A stretch of 64,000 nt of DNA from Dehalococcoidia bacterium. Its GTDB lineage: Bacteria > Chloroflexota > Dehalococcoidia > Lucifugimonadales > UBA1123. The DNA is taken from the NCBI GenBank assembly GCA_963664365.1, contig OY761144.1:3243621-3307620 (forward strand), written 5' to 3'. Below the pieces are notes generated by a model. The model saw only the letters and a list, made by a program, of their open reading frames with translations, had not been told where the DNA came from and made no database searches. A program made the position numbers and the translations under genes. Shown piece by piece: positions 54,750-63,796 of the stretch (positions within the stretch are counted from its first letter, which is position 1; each line of letters starts with the position of its first letter).

Positions 54750-56600
54750 ATGGTCCGCAATCTGACGAACCTCGTAGGTTCAGTTACCGGAAGAAGGCCA
54801 AGTGACGAACCTGCATCCGATGGCAGGGACCACTGCATCGTCTGCGATTTGGACCTGCGGTCCGAGGAGACCTACGAGGACTTTCGCGTCTGCCCCAGGT
54901 GCAGATTCCACTACAGCATGAGCGCGAGGGAGCGCATAGCCTCTCTCACCGACCCGAACAGCTTCAATGAAATAAGCGGGGCGCTGATTTCACTAGACCC
55001 TATCTCATTCGCGTCAACCGACTCGTACAGCAGCAGCATCTTCCAGGACCAGCGCAGGACGGGACTGACCGAAGCTGTGCTTACCGGGACGGCGTCTATC
55101 GACGGCGCTCTGGTGATGCTGATCGTACTAGATTTCGGGTTCATGGGCGGCACGATGGGCTGCGCGGTAGGGGAGAAGGTGACGCTCGCCCTCGAACGCG
55201 CCGCCAAGCGCGGACTTCCGGCGGTGGCTATCGTGACCAGCGGCGGAGCGCGCATCCAGGAAGGCGTTCTCTCCCTCATGCAGATGGCGAAGACGGCAGC
55301 CGCCGCCAACCGGCTGAACGAGGCGGGACTGCCGTTCATAACCGTTCTCGCCAACCCCGCCACCGGCCAAGCCTACGGCAGTTTCGCCAATCTCGCCGAC
55401 ATCATCCTGGCCGAGCCCGGCGCGATCGTCGGCTTCTCCTCTCTGAGAGTCATCGAGAGGGCCAGCGGACAACCCCTGCCCAGCGGTTCGCACACCGCGG
55501 AGTCGCACATGGCGCACGGGATGTTGGATGCCGTCGTCCAGCGCACTGAGATGCGAGCCATCATCGGTGTGCTTCTGGACCTGCTCGGAACGGGCTTCCG
55601 TCTTGAGAACGGCCACGAACGACATCGAAAGATTCCCAGCATCCTCCCCACTGAAGCCTGGGAATCGGTTCAGATGGCTCGGCACCATTCGAGGCCGACG
55701 TCGGCTGACTATCTGTCGCGCATCTTTTCAGAGTTCGTCGAGCTTCACGGCGACCGCGCCTATGGAGAAGACCCGACCGTCATATCCGGACTCGGACGCA
55801 TCTCGGGCCAGACGGTCGCGGTCGTCGCCCAGCAGAGGGTCTCGGACCAACCGGAAAGTGAGACCGTCCACCAGAGTCCCACGACCCCGGAGGGCTTTCG
55901 GAAGGCCCAGAGAACCATGAACCTGGCGCGCAAGTTCTCGCTGCCGATCATCACCTTCGTGGACACCTCCGGCCCCGACCTCAGCGAGTCCGCCGAGCAG
56001 CGGGGGCTGGGAAACACCATCGCCAACACCATGTCCATGATGGCCGGCCTCCCGGTGCCGACGATATCGGTCGTCATCGGTCAGGCTGGCAGCGGGGGCG
56101 CGCTCGCGCTGGGAGTGGCGGACCGAGCGCTCATGCTGGAGCATTCGATATACACCGCCGTATCTCCCGAAGAGGCCGCTGAGGTGATGTACCAGGACCC
56201 GTCCAAGGCCGAGGAGGTAGCGTCGTCCATGCGGCTGACCGCTCCGGACTGCCTGGACCTTGGGATAATCGACAGGGTCGTGCCCGAGCCGCGCAGCGGG
56301 GCGCACTCCGACCCGGACGAGGCCGCCCGGATGCTGCACCGCGTGCTGGTCGTCGAGTTGGCCGGCCTGCAATCGAAATCGGCGAGGAGGCGCGCGAAAG
56401 AGCGATACGCGAAGTACCGCAACATGGGCGAGTACAGTTCACAGATCAAGGCTGCCATCGCAAAGGAGGTCAACGCCGTGCAGAATCTGGTTAGAAACGG
56501 CGTGGCTAAAATCCTGCGCAGGAGGTCATCGGGGCCGGCGCTCGAAGACCCGATAGACCACATAGGCGACAACGGCTACATGTACGGCTCAGACGACTGA
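54750..56600 (+). CDS. accD: Acetyl-CoA carboxylase carboxyltransferase, fused beta (AccD) + alpha (AccA) subunits
   Basis: The N-terminal half has the AccD zinc ribbon CIVCDLD....CPRCRFHY and ..GGARIQEG... The C-terminal half (from about aa 300) is AccA-like (..FVELHGDRAYGEDP..ISGLGRI.G..V.VV.., ..GEGGSGGALA-like QAGSGGALAL). Confidence 0.88.
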   Translation: MVRNLTNLVGSVTGRRPSDEPASDGRDHCIVCDLDLRSEETYEDFRVCPRCRFHYSMSARERIASLTDPNSFNEISGALISLDPISFASTDSYSSSIFQDQRRTGLTEAVLTGTASIDGALVMLIVLDFGFMGGTMGCAVGEKVTLALERAAKRGLPAVAIVTSGGARIQEGVLSLMQMAKTAAAANRLNEAGLPFITVLANPATGQAYGSFANLADIILAEPGAIVGFSSLRVIERASGQPLPSGSHTAESHMAHGMLDAVVQRTEMRAIIGVLLDLLGTGFRLENGHERHRKIPSILPTEAWESVQMARHHSRPTSADYLSRIFSEFVELHGDRAYGEDPTVISGLGRISGQTVAVVAQQRVSDQPESETVHQSPTTPEGFRKAQRTMNLARKFSLPIITFVDTSGPDLSESAEQRGLGNTIANTMSMMAGLPVPTISVVIGQAGSGGALALGVADRALMLEHSIYTAVSPEEAAEVMYQDPSKAEEVASSMRLTAPDCLDLGIIDRVVPEPRSGAHSDPDEAARMLHRVLVVELAGLQSKSARRRAKERYAKYRNMGEYSSQIKAAIAKEVNAVQNLVRNGVAKILRRRSSGPALEDPIDHIGDNGYMYGSDD

Positions 56601-56620
56601 GCGAGCGCTGAGAAACCTTC

Positions 56621-57199
56621 ATGCCGAACCCATTCGACTTCGCCGACCAAGACACGATCGAAATAGGTGTGGTCGTCGCCTTCTTCGCCGTCGGAGCTTG
56701 GCTTGGAAGCTGGTTTCCGGACATCGACCAGAAGATCCGCTATCTCAGGCACAGGTCGGTGGTCACGCACGGCTTTGTGATGCCCGCGCTGCTGCTGATC
56801 GGATTGGGCGTGACGCGGCTCGACAGAGTTGATTGGTTCATAGCCGGCTTCTCGGTTGGAATCGCGGTGCATCTCGCGTTCGACCTCTTCCCCGAAAGCT
56901 GGCGCGGCTACGCGCTGATCACTCTTCCGGGGTTTGGAGCGATGTCCAAGACGGTCGCCAAGCTTTGGCTGGCCCTCAGCGTGTTCGCCTGCCTCTCCAT
57001 AGCCGTGATACTGGCTCCCGGCAGGACGGGGATCATCTGCTACGGCGTCGCCATGTTCCTGCTGTACGCCTACGGAGTCATCTCGCAGAAAGAGCGTTTC
57101 GCCGGCCCCCTGCTCGCCCTGGTCACCCTCGGAAGCGGCGCCGCCATGTGGACCGTAGCCACCAACGGACGCTACTTCCGCGACCTGCTACCGCTCTGA
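56621..57199 (+). CDS. Membrane-bound metal-dependent hydrolase-like protein (DUF457/YdjM-like)
   Basis: ..GSWFPDIDQKIRYLRHRSVVTHG.. resembles the PD(I/L)D...HR..THS motif of DUF457. There are 4-5 TM helices. Confidence 0.5.
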   Translation: MPNPFDFADQDTIEIGVVVAFFAVGAWLGSWFPDIDQKIRYLRHRSVVTHGFVMPALLLIGLGVTRLDRVDWFIAGFSVGIAVHLAFDLFPESWRGYALITLPGFGAMSKTVAKLWLALSVFACLSIAVILAPGRTGIICYGVAMFLLYAYGVISQKERFAGPLLALVTLGSGAAMWTVATNGRYFRDLLPL

Positions 57200-57223
57200 C
57201 GGCCCGATTAATCGGCCCTCGCC

Positions 57224-57838
57224 TCAGAACGTAAGCACGCCGCCGTTGGAGCTTCGACTGCCCTCGAACTCCGATATGCCGTCCTCGTGCTCCAGCGTCA
57301 GGCCGATGCTGTCCAGCCCGTTCAGCAGGCAGTACCTCTGAAACGGCTCGATGCTGAACTCCACGGCAACGTCCTCGTTGTCGTCCCAGACCCGCTCCGC
57401 TTCCAGATCGATGTTGAGCCGATATCCGGGGTCGGCCTCGGCGTTGGCGATGATCCGCTGCACGGTCTCATCGGGCAGCGCGATGGGCAGAAGCCCGTTC
57501 TCGAGGCAGTTGTTGCGAAATATGTCCGCGAAGCTCGGAGCTATCAGCGCCTTGAATCCATACTGGCCCAGTGCCCACGGAGCATGTTCCCTCGACGATC
57601 CGGAGCCGAAGTTCCTGCCAGCCACCAGAACCTCAGCATCCTCGTAACCCGGCTTGTTCAACACAAAGTCCGAGTTCGGACTACCGTCATCGTTGTACCG
57701 CCAGTCGAAGAACAGAAACTCCCCGAACCCGGTCCGCTCCACCCGCTTCAGAAACTGCTTCGGAATAATCTGGTCCGTATCCACGTTCACGCGGTTCATG
57801 GGCAGAACCACGCCGGTCATCTTGCTAAAGGGTTCCAT
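57224..57838 (-). CDS. leuD: 3-isopropylmalate dehydratase small subunit
   Basis: ..[36 protein letters not shown].., ..[23 protein letters not shown]. Confidence 0.93.
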   Translation of the reverse strand: MEPFSKMTGVVLPMNRVNVDTDQIIPKQFLKRVERTGFGEFLFFDWRYNDDGSPNSDFVLNKPGYEDAEVLVAGRNFGSGSSREHAPWALGQYGFKALIAPSFADIFRNNCLENGLLPIALPDETVQRIIANAEADPGYRLNIDLEAERVWDDNEDVAVEFSIEPFQRYCLLNGLDSIGLTLEHEDGISEFEGSRSSNGGVLTF

Positions 57839-57847
57839 GCTTGCTCC

Positions 57848-58375
57848 TCAGTAGTTCGTGCCTTCCCAAAACTGTTCCACTTCAACAAGAGAACAATCCT
57901 TCAGAGTCGCGAAATCTCTACATGCTTGAATGACCTTCTCATACTGTACGTAGGTTGTTATATCCTTCATGCGAGTAACTCGGGTAGATCCAAGTGACAG
58001 TCGGACGCCCTCATCCCTTAGTCCGCTTATCAGGCCCCGATCTATCGGCGGATGAATTACGTCGATCAGACCGTCTCTACCGTATCCGCCAACATAGCAC
58101 CTCGTTTTTAGGTACACATTGATTATCTTTGCTGCCCATATCACATTGAGCCTTGGTTGGTATTTGCACGTTCCATCAACGGCAGATTTGTGCCATTCTC
58201 CGAATATTGTATCGTCAATCGGTTCCATGTCAGCCCGGAATAGACATGTAAAGTCAACCGTATCTAAAACGCCATAAACGTCTTCGCGAGATTTAATGGG
58301 GCTTCCTGACCTCGTGGCTGAAAGAGCCGTCCATTTTGCGAAGTCAGTCACAATCTTTTCCCTAACTAAGTTCAT
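57848..58375 (-). CDS. Hypothetical protein (175 aa), AT-rich, inserted in the leu operon
   Basis: Clean ORF whose stop lies 9 nt before the leuD ATG. Visibly AT-richer than its neighbours. Motifs such as WAAKIINVYLKTRCYVGGYGRDG and HPPIDRGLI match no family I can name. Confidence 0.55.
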   Translation of the reverse strand: MNLVREKIVTDFAKWTALSATRSGSPIKSREDVYGVLDTVDFTCLFRADMEPIDDTIFGEWHKSAVDGTCKYQPRLNVIWAAKIINVYLKTRCYVGGYGRDGLIDVIHPPIDRGLISGLRDEGVRLSLGSTRVTRMKDITTYVQYEKVIQACRDFATLKDCSLVEVEQFWEGTNY

Positions 58376-58427
58376 TGGAGATTCCTTATTGAAAAGTTAC
58401 ATCTGATGAAATCCTGTTGGTGCAGGT

Positions 58428-58670
58428 TCAGGTAGCCCCCGCTGCCATGTACTTTAGCACCACGACCTCAACCTCATCATCCCGCTCAGAGTTTTCCGGG
58501 GTCATTTTGAGCAAACGCCCGACAGTCTCCGAATCCATATATGCCTCTCCGCAGTTGTTGCACACTTTGGCGGGAATGTCCTTGATGAAGACGATCATGT
58601 CGTCCTGATCAAGCGTTGAGGTCGTAACTCCGGGCTCTGTCTCCCCGTTCTTGCAAATGACGCAGATCAC
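58428..58670 (-). CDS. YgiT-type (MqsA N-terminal-like) zinc-ribbon protein
   Basis: MICVICKNGETEPGVTT......MIVFIKDIPAKVCNNCGEAYMDSETV fits the YgiT-type zinc-finger pattern (CxxC...vP..vCxxCGE.y). There is no HTH domain. The ATG lies 1 nt after the leuC stop. Confidence 0.7.
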   Translation of the reverse strand: MICVICKNGETEPGVTTSTLDQDDMIVFIKDIPAKVCNNCGEAYMDSETVGRLLKMTPENSERDDEVEVVVLKYMAAGAT

Positions 58671-58671
58671 C

Positions 58672-60072
58672 CTACCACTCCCTGATGTCCACGAAGTGGC
58701 CTGCGATAGCCGCCGCCGCCGCCATCTCAGGGCCGACGAGGTGCGTCCGTCCGCCCTTGCCCTGCCGACCCTCGAAGTTGCGATTGGACGTGGAGGCGCA
58801 CCGCTCGCCGGGATCGAGAATATCAGGGTTCATCCCTAGGCACATCGAGCATCCGGCAACTCGCCAATCGAATCCCGCCTCAGTGAATACACGGTCCAGT
58901 CCCTCTTCTTCCGCCTCCGCCTTGACCTGCGCCGACCCCGGGACCACCATCGCATACACACTGTCCGCGACCCTCTTGCCCCTGACCACGTCTGCGGCAA
59001 GCCGTAGGTCTTCCAGACGCGAGTTGGTGCATGAGCCGATGAATACCCTATCCAGGCTGATGTCCTGGATCGGCGTGTCCGGGTCCAGTCCCATGTACGT
59101 GAGCGCTCGCTGTGCGGACTCCCGCTCACCTTCATCGTCGAACGAGTCGGGGTCCGGCACCCGCCCGCTGACAGGCGCCACCATACCGGGGTTCGTGCCC
59201 CATGAGACGAACGGTTCGAGGTCCGACGACTGTATTACGACCGTCCTATCGAACTCGGCGTCCGGGTCCGTCGTCAGCTTGCTCCACTCCTCACAGGCGC
59301 GGTCGAAATCGGCGCCCTGCGGCGCGTGCGGCCTGCCACGCATGTAGTCGAAAGTAGTCCGGTCCGGCGCGACCATACCGGCGCGGCCCCCGGCCTCTAT
59401 CGACATGTTGCAGACGGTCATGCGGCCCTCCATGGATAGCTGCCGAATGCCTTCGCCTGTGTACTCGATGGCGTGTCCAGTCGCGCCCGCGACGCCTATC
59501 TCCCCGATGATGGCAAGGATGACATCCTTCGCCGAGACGCCGAACGGAAGCGGACCTTCGACCCTTATCTCCATGGTCTTCGGCTTGAACTGCCGCAGCG
59601 TCTGCGTCGCCAGGACGTGCTCGACCTCCGACGTGCCTATGCCCATGGCGAACGCGCCGAACGCGCCGTGTGTCGATGTGTGGCTGTCGCCGCACACGAT
59701 TACTTTGCCGGGCTGGGTATAGCCCTGCTCCGGCCCGATTACGTGGACGATACCCTGGTTCGGGCTGAACCTGTCGTACAGCGTCACCCCGAACTCGCGG
59801 CAGTTGCGTTCGAGATAGTCCAACTGCTGCGCCGCGATAGGGTCCGTAATCGGCCTGCTCAGCTCCCAGGTAGGCGTGTTGTGGTCCATCGTAGCCACGG
59901 TGAGATCAGGACGCCTCACCCTACGCCCCGTCATCCTCAGACCCTCGAACGCCTGCGGCGACGTGACCTCATGCACGAGGTGCAGGTCCACGTACAGCAG
60001 CGTCGGCTGACCCGCCTCCTCGCGCACCACGTGGGCGTCCCATATCTTGTCGAACATCGTCTTGGCGGTCAT
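58672..60072 (-). CDS. leuC: 3-isopropylmalate dehydratase large subunit
   Basis: [16 protein letters not shown]......[22 protein letters not shown].., with aconitase-type Cys ligands in ..VCGDSHT.. and ..GSCTNSR... Confidence 0.95.
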   Translation of the reverse strand: MTAKTMFDKIWDAHVVREEAGQPTLLYVDLHLVHEVTSPQAFEGLRMTGRRVRRPDLTVATMDHNTPTWELSRPITDPIAAQQLDYLERNCREFGVTLYDRFSPNQGIVHVIGPEQGYTQPGKVIVCGDSHTSTHGAFGAFAMGIGTSEVEHVLATQTLRQFKPKTMEIRVEGPLPFGVSAKDVILAIIGEIGVAGATGHAIEYTGEGIRQLSMEGRMTVCNMSIEAGGRAGMVAPDRTTFDYMRGRPHAPQGADFDRACEEWSKLTTDPDAEFDRTVVIQSSDLEPFVSWGTNPGMVAPVSGRVPDPDSFDDEGERESAQRALTYMGLDPDTPIQDISLDRVFIGSCTNSRLEDLRLAADVVRGKRVADSVYAMVVPGSAQVKAEAEEEGLDRVFTEAGFDWRVAGCSMCLGMNPDILDPGERCASTSNRNFEGRQGKGGRTHLVGPEMAAAAAIAGHFVDIREW

Positions 60073-60094
60073 TCTCGTTCCTCGTCGTTTGTGA

Positions 60095-60904
60095 TTATTC
60101 TTGCACTGTCATCGGGCCGTCGTAGGGAACCGGCGGCTCGTAAACGGGCGTCGGCAAGTAACTGACACCTTGGTATTCGAGAAGGCGCTGGGCCCTCTCG
60201 GTGATAGCGGCGCCGGCGACGATTGCGAGCGTGTCGATTCCCACCGCCGCCTGAAGGGCCTCCGCGCTCTGCCGGGCGCGGCTTATGTCGTCTTCCCTGA
60301 CAGTGGTTGATATCTCCACCGCGCACCACACCAACTCTCGTTCACCGGAATCGTCCCGCCGCCGGCGGGCGAAGAAAACGAGGTCTGTATTCAGTATCCT
60401 TGTAAACTGATCCTCGGTAATTCGGCCTTCGTCCCTAGCGTCTTCGATGGGGTCGAGAAGTTCCCGGGGCGGTACCTCGCCGATGCTCAACACAACCCTC
60501 GTGCGCCTGAGCCCCATCGGCTGAGATATGACGGAGTTGACCTTGAAAGCGACCTTTCGCTCCTGGGCCTCCCCCCTCAGGTTATCGACATAACCGGATA
60601 TCAGGTCAAGCCGCTGCGACAGTAACCAGACGGTGTTCGCCAAGCCTCTGACCTCCTCCGCCAGAGCTCTGACCTCGGCCGCAAGCGAGGCGATCTGCTC
60701 ATCTACGCGATCTAACCTCTGCGTGGTCTGCTCTTTGAAATCCGCAAACCCCTCCTCCAACCGATCCATCCTGGATGGAAGCAGCAGAAACTCCTCGGAG
60801 AGGAGCGTTTGCAGCAGCATCGTCCTGGCCTGGGGCTGGTCTTCCAACTCCTGGATGATGCGCGCTACGAGATTTTCGTCACTGGTACTCTGTGTAGTGA
60901 CCAC
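60095..60904 (-). CDS. Coiled-coil protein with C-terminal restriction-endonuclease-like (PD-(D/E)xK-type?) domain, inserted between leuA and leuC
   Basis: The N-terminal ~110 aa has heptad-like repeats ([30 protein letters not shown]). The C-terminal part ..[21 protein letters not shown]...[28 protein letters not shown]....LAIVAG resembles a multi-paralogue family I recall from Chloroflexi, Thermus and cyanobacteria. The fold assignment is tentative. Confidence 0.4.
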   Translation of the reverse strand: MVTTQSTSDENLVARIIQELEDQPQARTMLLQTLLSEEFLLLPSRMDRLEEGFADFKEQTTQRLDRVDEQIASLAAEVRALAEEVRGLANTVWLLSQRLDLISGYVDNLRGEAQERKVAFKVNSVISQPMGLRRTRVVLSIGEVPPRELLDPIEDARDEGRITEDQFTRILNTDLVFFARRRRDDSGERELVWCAVEISTTVREDDISRARQSAEALQAAVGIDTLAIVAGAAITERAQRLLEYQGVSYLPTPVYEPPVPYDGPMTVQE

Positions 60905-60973
60905 TGGACGACCTCTCCGGCTCGTTTAAATAACTGCGCCGATATGGCAGTGCGATCAGGCGACACCGAACAC

Positions 60974-61000
60974 CCGGGCCGACTGCTGGGGCCGGCCCGG
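60974..61000 (-). terminator. GC hairpin 15 nt downstream of the leuA stop (possible attenuating terminator)
   Basis: ccgggccg (60974-60981) / cggcccgg (60993-61000) with an 11-nt loop. Only a weak U-tract follows on the minus strand. Confidence 0.3.
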
Positions 61001-61015
61001 ATAATCGTCAACTCC

Positions 61016-62569
61016 CTACGGTGACGGATCTGCCGAAGCCCCATGCCCGTTGCTCGCGGCTATCAGACGGTTGAGCGCGTTCATGTACGCCTTGGCGCTG
61101 GCGACGATGATGTCCGTGTCCGACCCGCGCCCAATGTACGTGTTGCCCTCGGCCTCGATACGTATGGTCACGTCTCCGATGGCGTCGATACCCTCCGTCA
61201 CGGCGTCCACCCGGAACTCCGTCAACCTGTTCTCGACGTGGATGATGCGGTTGATCGCCTTGTACACGGCATCGACAGGACCCGTCCCAGTAGCGGCGTC
61301 GGTCATCATGCCTCCGTCCGGCCCGATTATCTTCACCGTCGCCGTCGGCACGTCGTGGTTGCCCGATGAGACCTGGACGTGCTCCAGCTTGTATATCCTG
61401 GGCACGTCGATAGTTCGCCTCTTTATGGCCATCAGCGCGACGAGATCGGCGTCGGTCACCTCGCGCTTCTTGTCAGCGAGGTCTTTGAACGCCTCGAACG
61501 CCTCGTCAAGCTCCGCCTGTTCGAGCGAGTAGCCGAGCTCTTCCAGCCGAGCGCGCAGTCCGGCCCTTCCGCTCAGCTTGCCCAGCACCAACTCGTTGCT
61601 CGGCCAGCCCACCGAGCGCGGGTCCATTATCTCGAACGTGCTCCGCTCCTTCAGCACGCCGTCCTGGTGGATGCCGGAGGCGTGCCTGAAGGCGTTGGCG
61701 CCCACGATCGCCTTGTTCGGCTGCACCGGAAATCCGGTGATGTCGCTGACCAGACGGCTCGTGCGGTAGATCTGCCGCGTGTCTATGTTGGTGCTCACGT
61801 CGAACAGGTCCGGCCGCGTCTCTATGGCCATGATTATCTCTTCGAGCGCGGCGTTTCCGGCCCTCTCGCCCAGACCGTTGATGCACCCCTCGACCTGCCG
61901 CGCGCCCGCCTGAACAGCCGCCAGGCTGTTGGCAACGGACATGCCCAGGTCGTTGTGGCAGTGGACGCTCATCACGGCCCTGTCGATATTCGGGACGTTC
62001 TCCCTGATCAGGCTGAGGCGCTGATGGAACTCTGCCGGTATCGTGTACCCGACGGTGTCCGCGATGTTGACCGTGTTGGCTCCTGCGTTGATCACCGCCT
62101 CCAGCATCGAGTACAGGTACTCGATGTCGGTGCGCGTGGCATCCATCGGCGAGAACTCCACGTCGTCGCAGTACTCTTTCGCCCGCTCGACCGAGGCCAC
62201 CGCCATCTCCAGCACCTGCTCCGGGTTGCGCCTAAGCTGGTGCATGATCTGGACGTCCGAACTGGATATGAAGACGTGTATCCTCGGACGCTCGGCGTGC
62301 TTGATGGCTTCCCAAGCCGCGTCCACGTCCGGGATGTAGCACCGAGCCAGGGACGCGATGATTGGGCGGCGAACCTCGCTTGCGATGCTCTGCACCGCCT
62401 CGAAGTCGCCGGGCGAGCTTGCCGCGAATCCGGCCTCGATGATGTCAACGCCGAGCCGGTCGAGCTGCTTCGCTATCTCCAGCTTTTCGGGCGTGGTCAG
62501 TCCAATTCCTGCCGACTGCTCTCCGTCGCGCAGGGTCGTATCGAAAATCATTACCTTGTCGTCTGGCAT
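61016..62569 (-). CDS. leuA: 2-isopropylmalate synthase
   Basis: ..VMIFDTTLRDGEQSAGIGLT..EKLEIA.QL..LGVD.IEAGF.., ..HCHNDLGM..AN.LAA..AGA..VE...NG.GERAGN.., plus the C-terminal LeuA dimerisation/regulatory domain. Confidence 0.95.
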   Translation of the reverse strand: MPDDKVMIFDTTLRDGEQSAGIGLTTPEKLEIAKQLDRLGVDIIEAGFAASSPGDFEAVQSIASEVRRPIIASLARCYIPDVDAAWEAIKHAERPRIHVFISSSDVQIMHQLRRNPEQVLEMAVASVERAKEYCDDVEFSPMDATRTDIEYLYSMLEAVINAGANTVNIADTVGYTIPAEFHQRLSLIRENVPNIDRAVMSVHCHNDLGMSVANSLAAVQAGARQVEGCINGLGERAGNAALEEIIMAIETRPDLFDVSTNIDTRQIYRTSRLVSDITGFPVQPNKAIVGANAFRHASGIHQDGVLKERSTFEIMDPRSVGWPSNELVLGKLSGRAGLRARLEELGYSLEQAELDEAFEAFKDLADKKREVTDADLVALMAIKRRTIDVPRIYKLEHVQVSSGNHDVPTATVKIIGPDGGMMTDAATGTGPVDAVYKAINRIIHVENRLTEFRVDAVTEGIDAIGDVTIRIEAEGNTYIGRGSDTDIIVASAKAYMNALNRLIAASNGHGASADPSP

Positions 62570-62637
62570 TTTCCCTCTCCCTTGGGGCTCAATGAAGTAT
62601 TCGGGCTATCGTCTGACGACAGGTCCAAGCGCAACGC

Positions 62638-62684
62638 GGTCCGCCGGACCGGGCATTGCCAGAACTCGGTCCCTTTGGCGGACC
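62638..62684 (-). promoter_or_regulatory. Interrupted 14-bp hairpin in the leuA 5' leader
   Basis: ggtccgcc (62638-62645) pairs with ggcggacc (62677-62684), and the inner ggaccg (62646-62651) pairs with cggtcc (62667-62672). It lies 70-115 nt upstream of the leuA ATG. No U-tract and no Leu-rich leader peptide were seen. Confidence 0.25.
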
Positions 62685-62723
62685 ACGTGAATGGCCTCCG
62701 AAGTGGTCATGTTGTTACTCCTG

Positions 62724-62930
62724 CTATGTCCTGAAAAGCACCGTCAGGATCACGGTTATCCACATAGCGACCATGACTCCGATAGTCGTGATCATATTCC
62801 TGTTTATCGTAGAATGAATGTCGCGTAGCTCGGCTTTTATGTCGCTGACTTCGCGCACCAAGGCTTCAACCGTGGCCTCGAGCTTAGATAGTCGTTCACC
62901 CTCCGGCGCCTCTTTCGTTGCAGTGGTCAT
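62724..62930 (-). CDS. Small coiled-coil + C-terminal TM-anchor protein
   Basis: ERLSKLEATVEALVREVSDIKAELRDI (heptads) followed by MITTIGVMVAMWITVILTVLF (TM). 68 aa, family not recognised. Confidence 0.45.
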   Translation of the reverse strand: MTTATKEAPEGERLSKLEATVEALVREVSDIKAELRDIHSTINRNMITTIGVMVAMWITVILTVLFRT

Positions 62931-62958
62931 TGGCTAAATCTCCCTGAGTGTCTGCATC

Positions 62959-63516
62959 TTATATCTCAAATATCTCTCTAACCGGGCACGAGAACCCCGG
63001 CAGAACGTCGCCGCCGTCCAGCGTGTCGCGTTCGCCGAGTGTGGCCACAGAGCCATCCTCTCCGTACACATCCACCGTGCGCGTATCGGGAAATAGCATC
63101 CACACGATACGCACCTCGAATCCCTTCCACATCAGCGCCCGATCGTTGGCCTCCCTCTCGCTGTCACTCGGAGACACCACCTCGACCACCAAGTCCGGTA
63201 CCTCCTCTGAGTAGCCCGTGACCCTTACCCCGTATGGCGCTTTCTCCCTAGAAACGAACCCGATGTCCGGCTCCCGAACCGTATCCGGATCCCGCTCAAG
63301 CCAGATGCCGGAGTCCGAGCCGAACAGGACACCCAGCCGCCGAGGCTTGATGAAGAATCTCAATTCGGCGGCCAGGTTGACAACGATCTCGCCGTGCTCT
63401 CTTCCGCTCGCCGCGGTCTCACGCAACTCCCCTCGGACTAACTCGCCGCGAACCCCCCGGCTGTACAGGCGCAACAGGTCGGCGGCGGTCAGCAGTTTCG
63501 TCTTTTGGATAGTCAT
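62959..63516 (-). CDS. Uma2-family (DUF820) putative endonuclease
   Basis: ..ELVRGEL......GREHGEIVVNLAAEL.......LG.......G........REPDIGFV......PDLVVEVVSPSDSEREANDRALMW...FEVRIVWMLFPDTRTVDVY carries the Uma2 hallmarks (PD..vEv.SPS....D...K). Confidence 0.8.
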   Translation of the reverse strand: MTIQKTKLLTAADLLRLYSRGVRGELVRGELRETAASGREHGEIVVNLAAELRFFIKPRRLGVLFGSDSGIWLERDPDTVREPDIGFVSREKAPYGVRVTGYSEEVPDLVVEVVSPSDSEREANDRALMWKGFEVRIVWMLFPDTRTVDVYGEDGSVATLGERDTLDGGDVLPGFSCPVREIFEI

Positions 63517-63541
63517 GTCAGTCGGTCTCTCGTTGACCCCA

Positions 63542-63775
63542 CTATATCCTCAATACCACGAAGCTAATGGTTAGCGTCGAAAAAACTAGAGATGCGATAG
63601 TCAAAAACCTCAGCAAGTTACGACTTATCCTGTCGGACACCGTTCCATACAATTTCCACCAAGGCGCGTCCCCATCGTCTATCGCCAGTGGCATCAGAAC
63701 CAACTGCCACAGCCAGAACGGAAAAACGATGGCGAAGATAAGAGCAAAGTCAACGATGAGTTCTCTGTCTAACAA
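63542..63775 (-). CDS. Small hypothetical membrane protein
   Basis: 77-aa ORF with two or three hydrophobic segments in an AT-richer region. There is no homology evidence. Confidence 0.3.
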   Translation of the reverse strand: MLDRELIVDFALIFAIVFPFWLWQLVLMPLAIDDGDAPWWKLYGTVSDRISRNLLRFLTIASLVFSTLTISFVVLRI

Positions 63776-63796
63776 GAAGTCATGTCCTCATGAATG

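Noticed and set aside
62570-62723. A leucine leader peptide or T-box upstream of leuA.
   Set aside because: The only small ORF has no consecutive Leu codons. I could not find a T-box consensus or a terminator U-tract.
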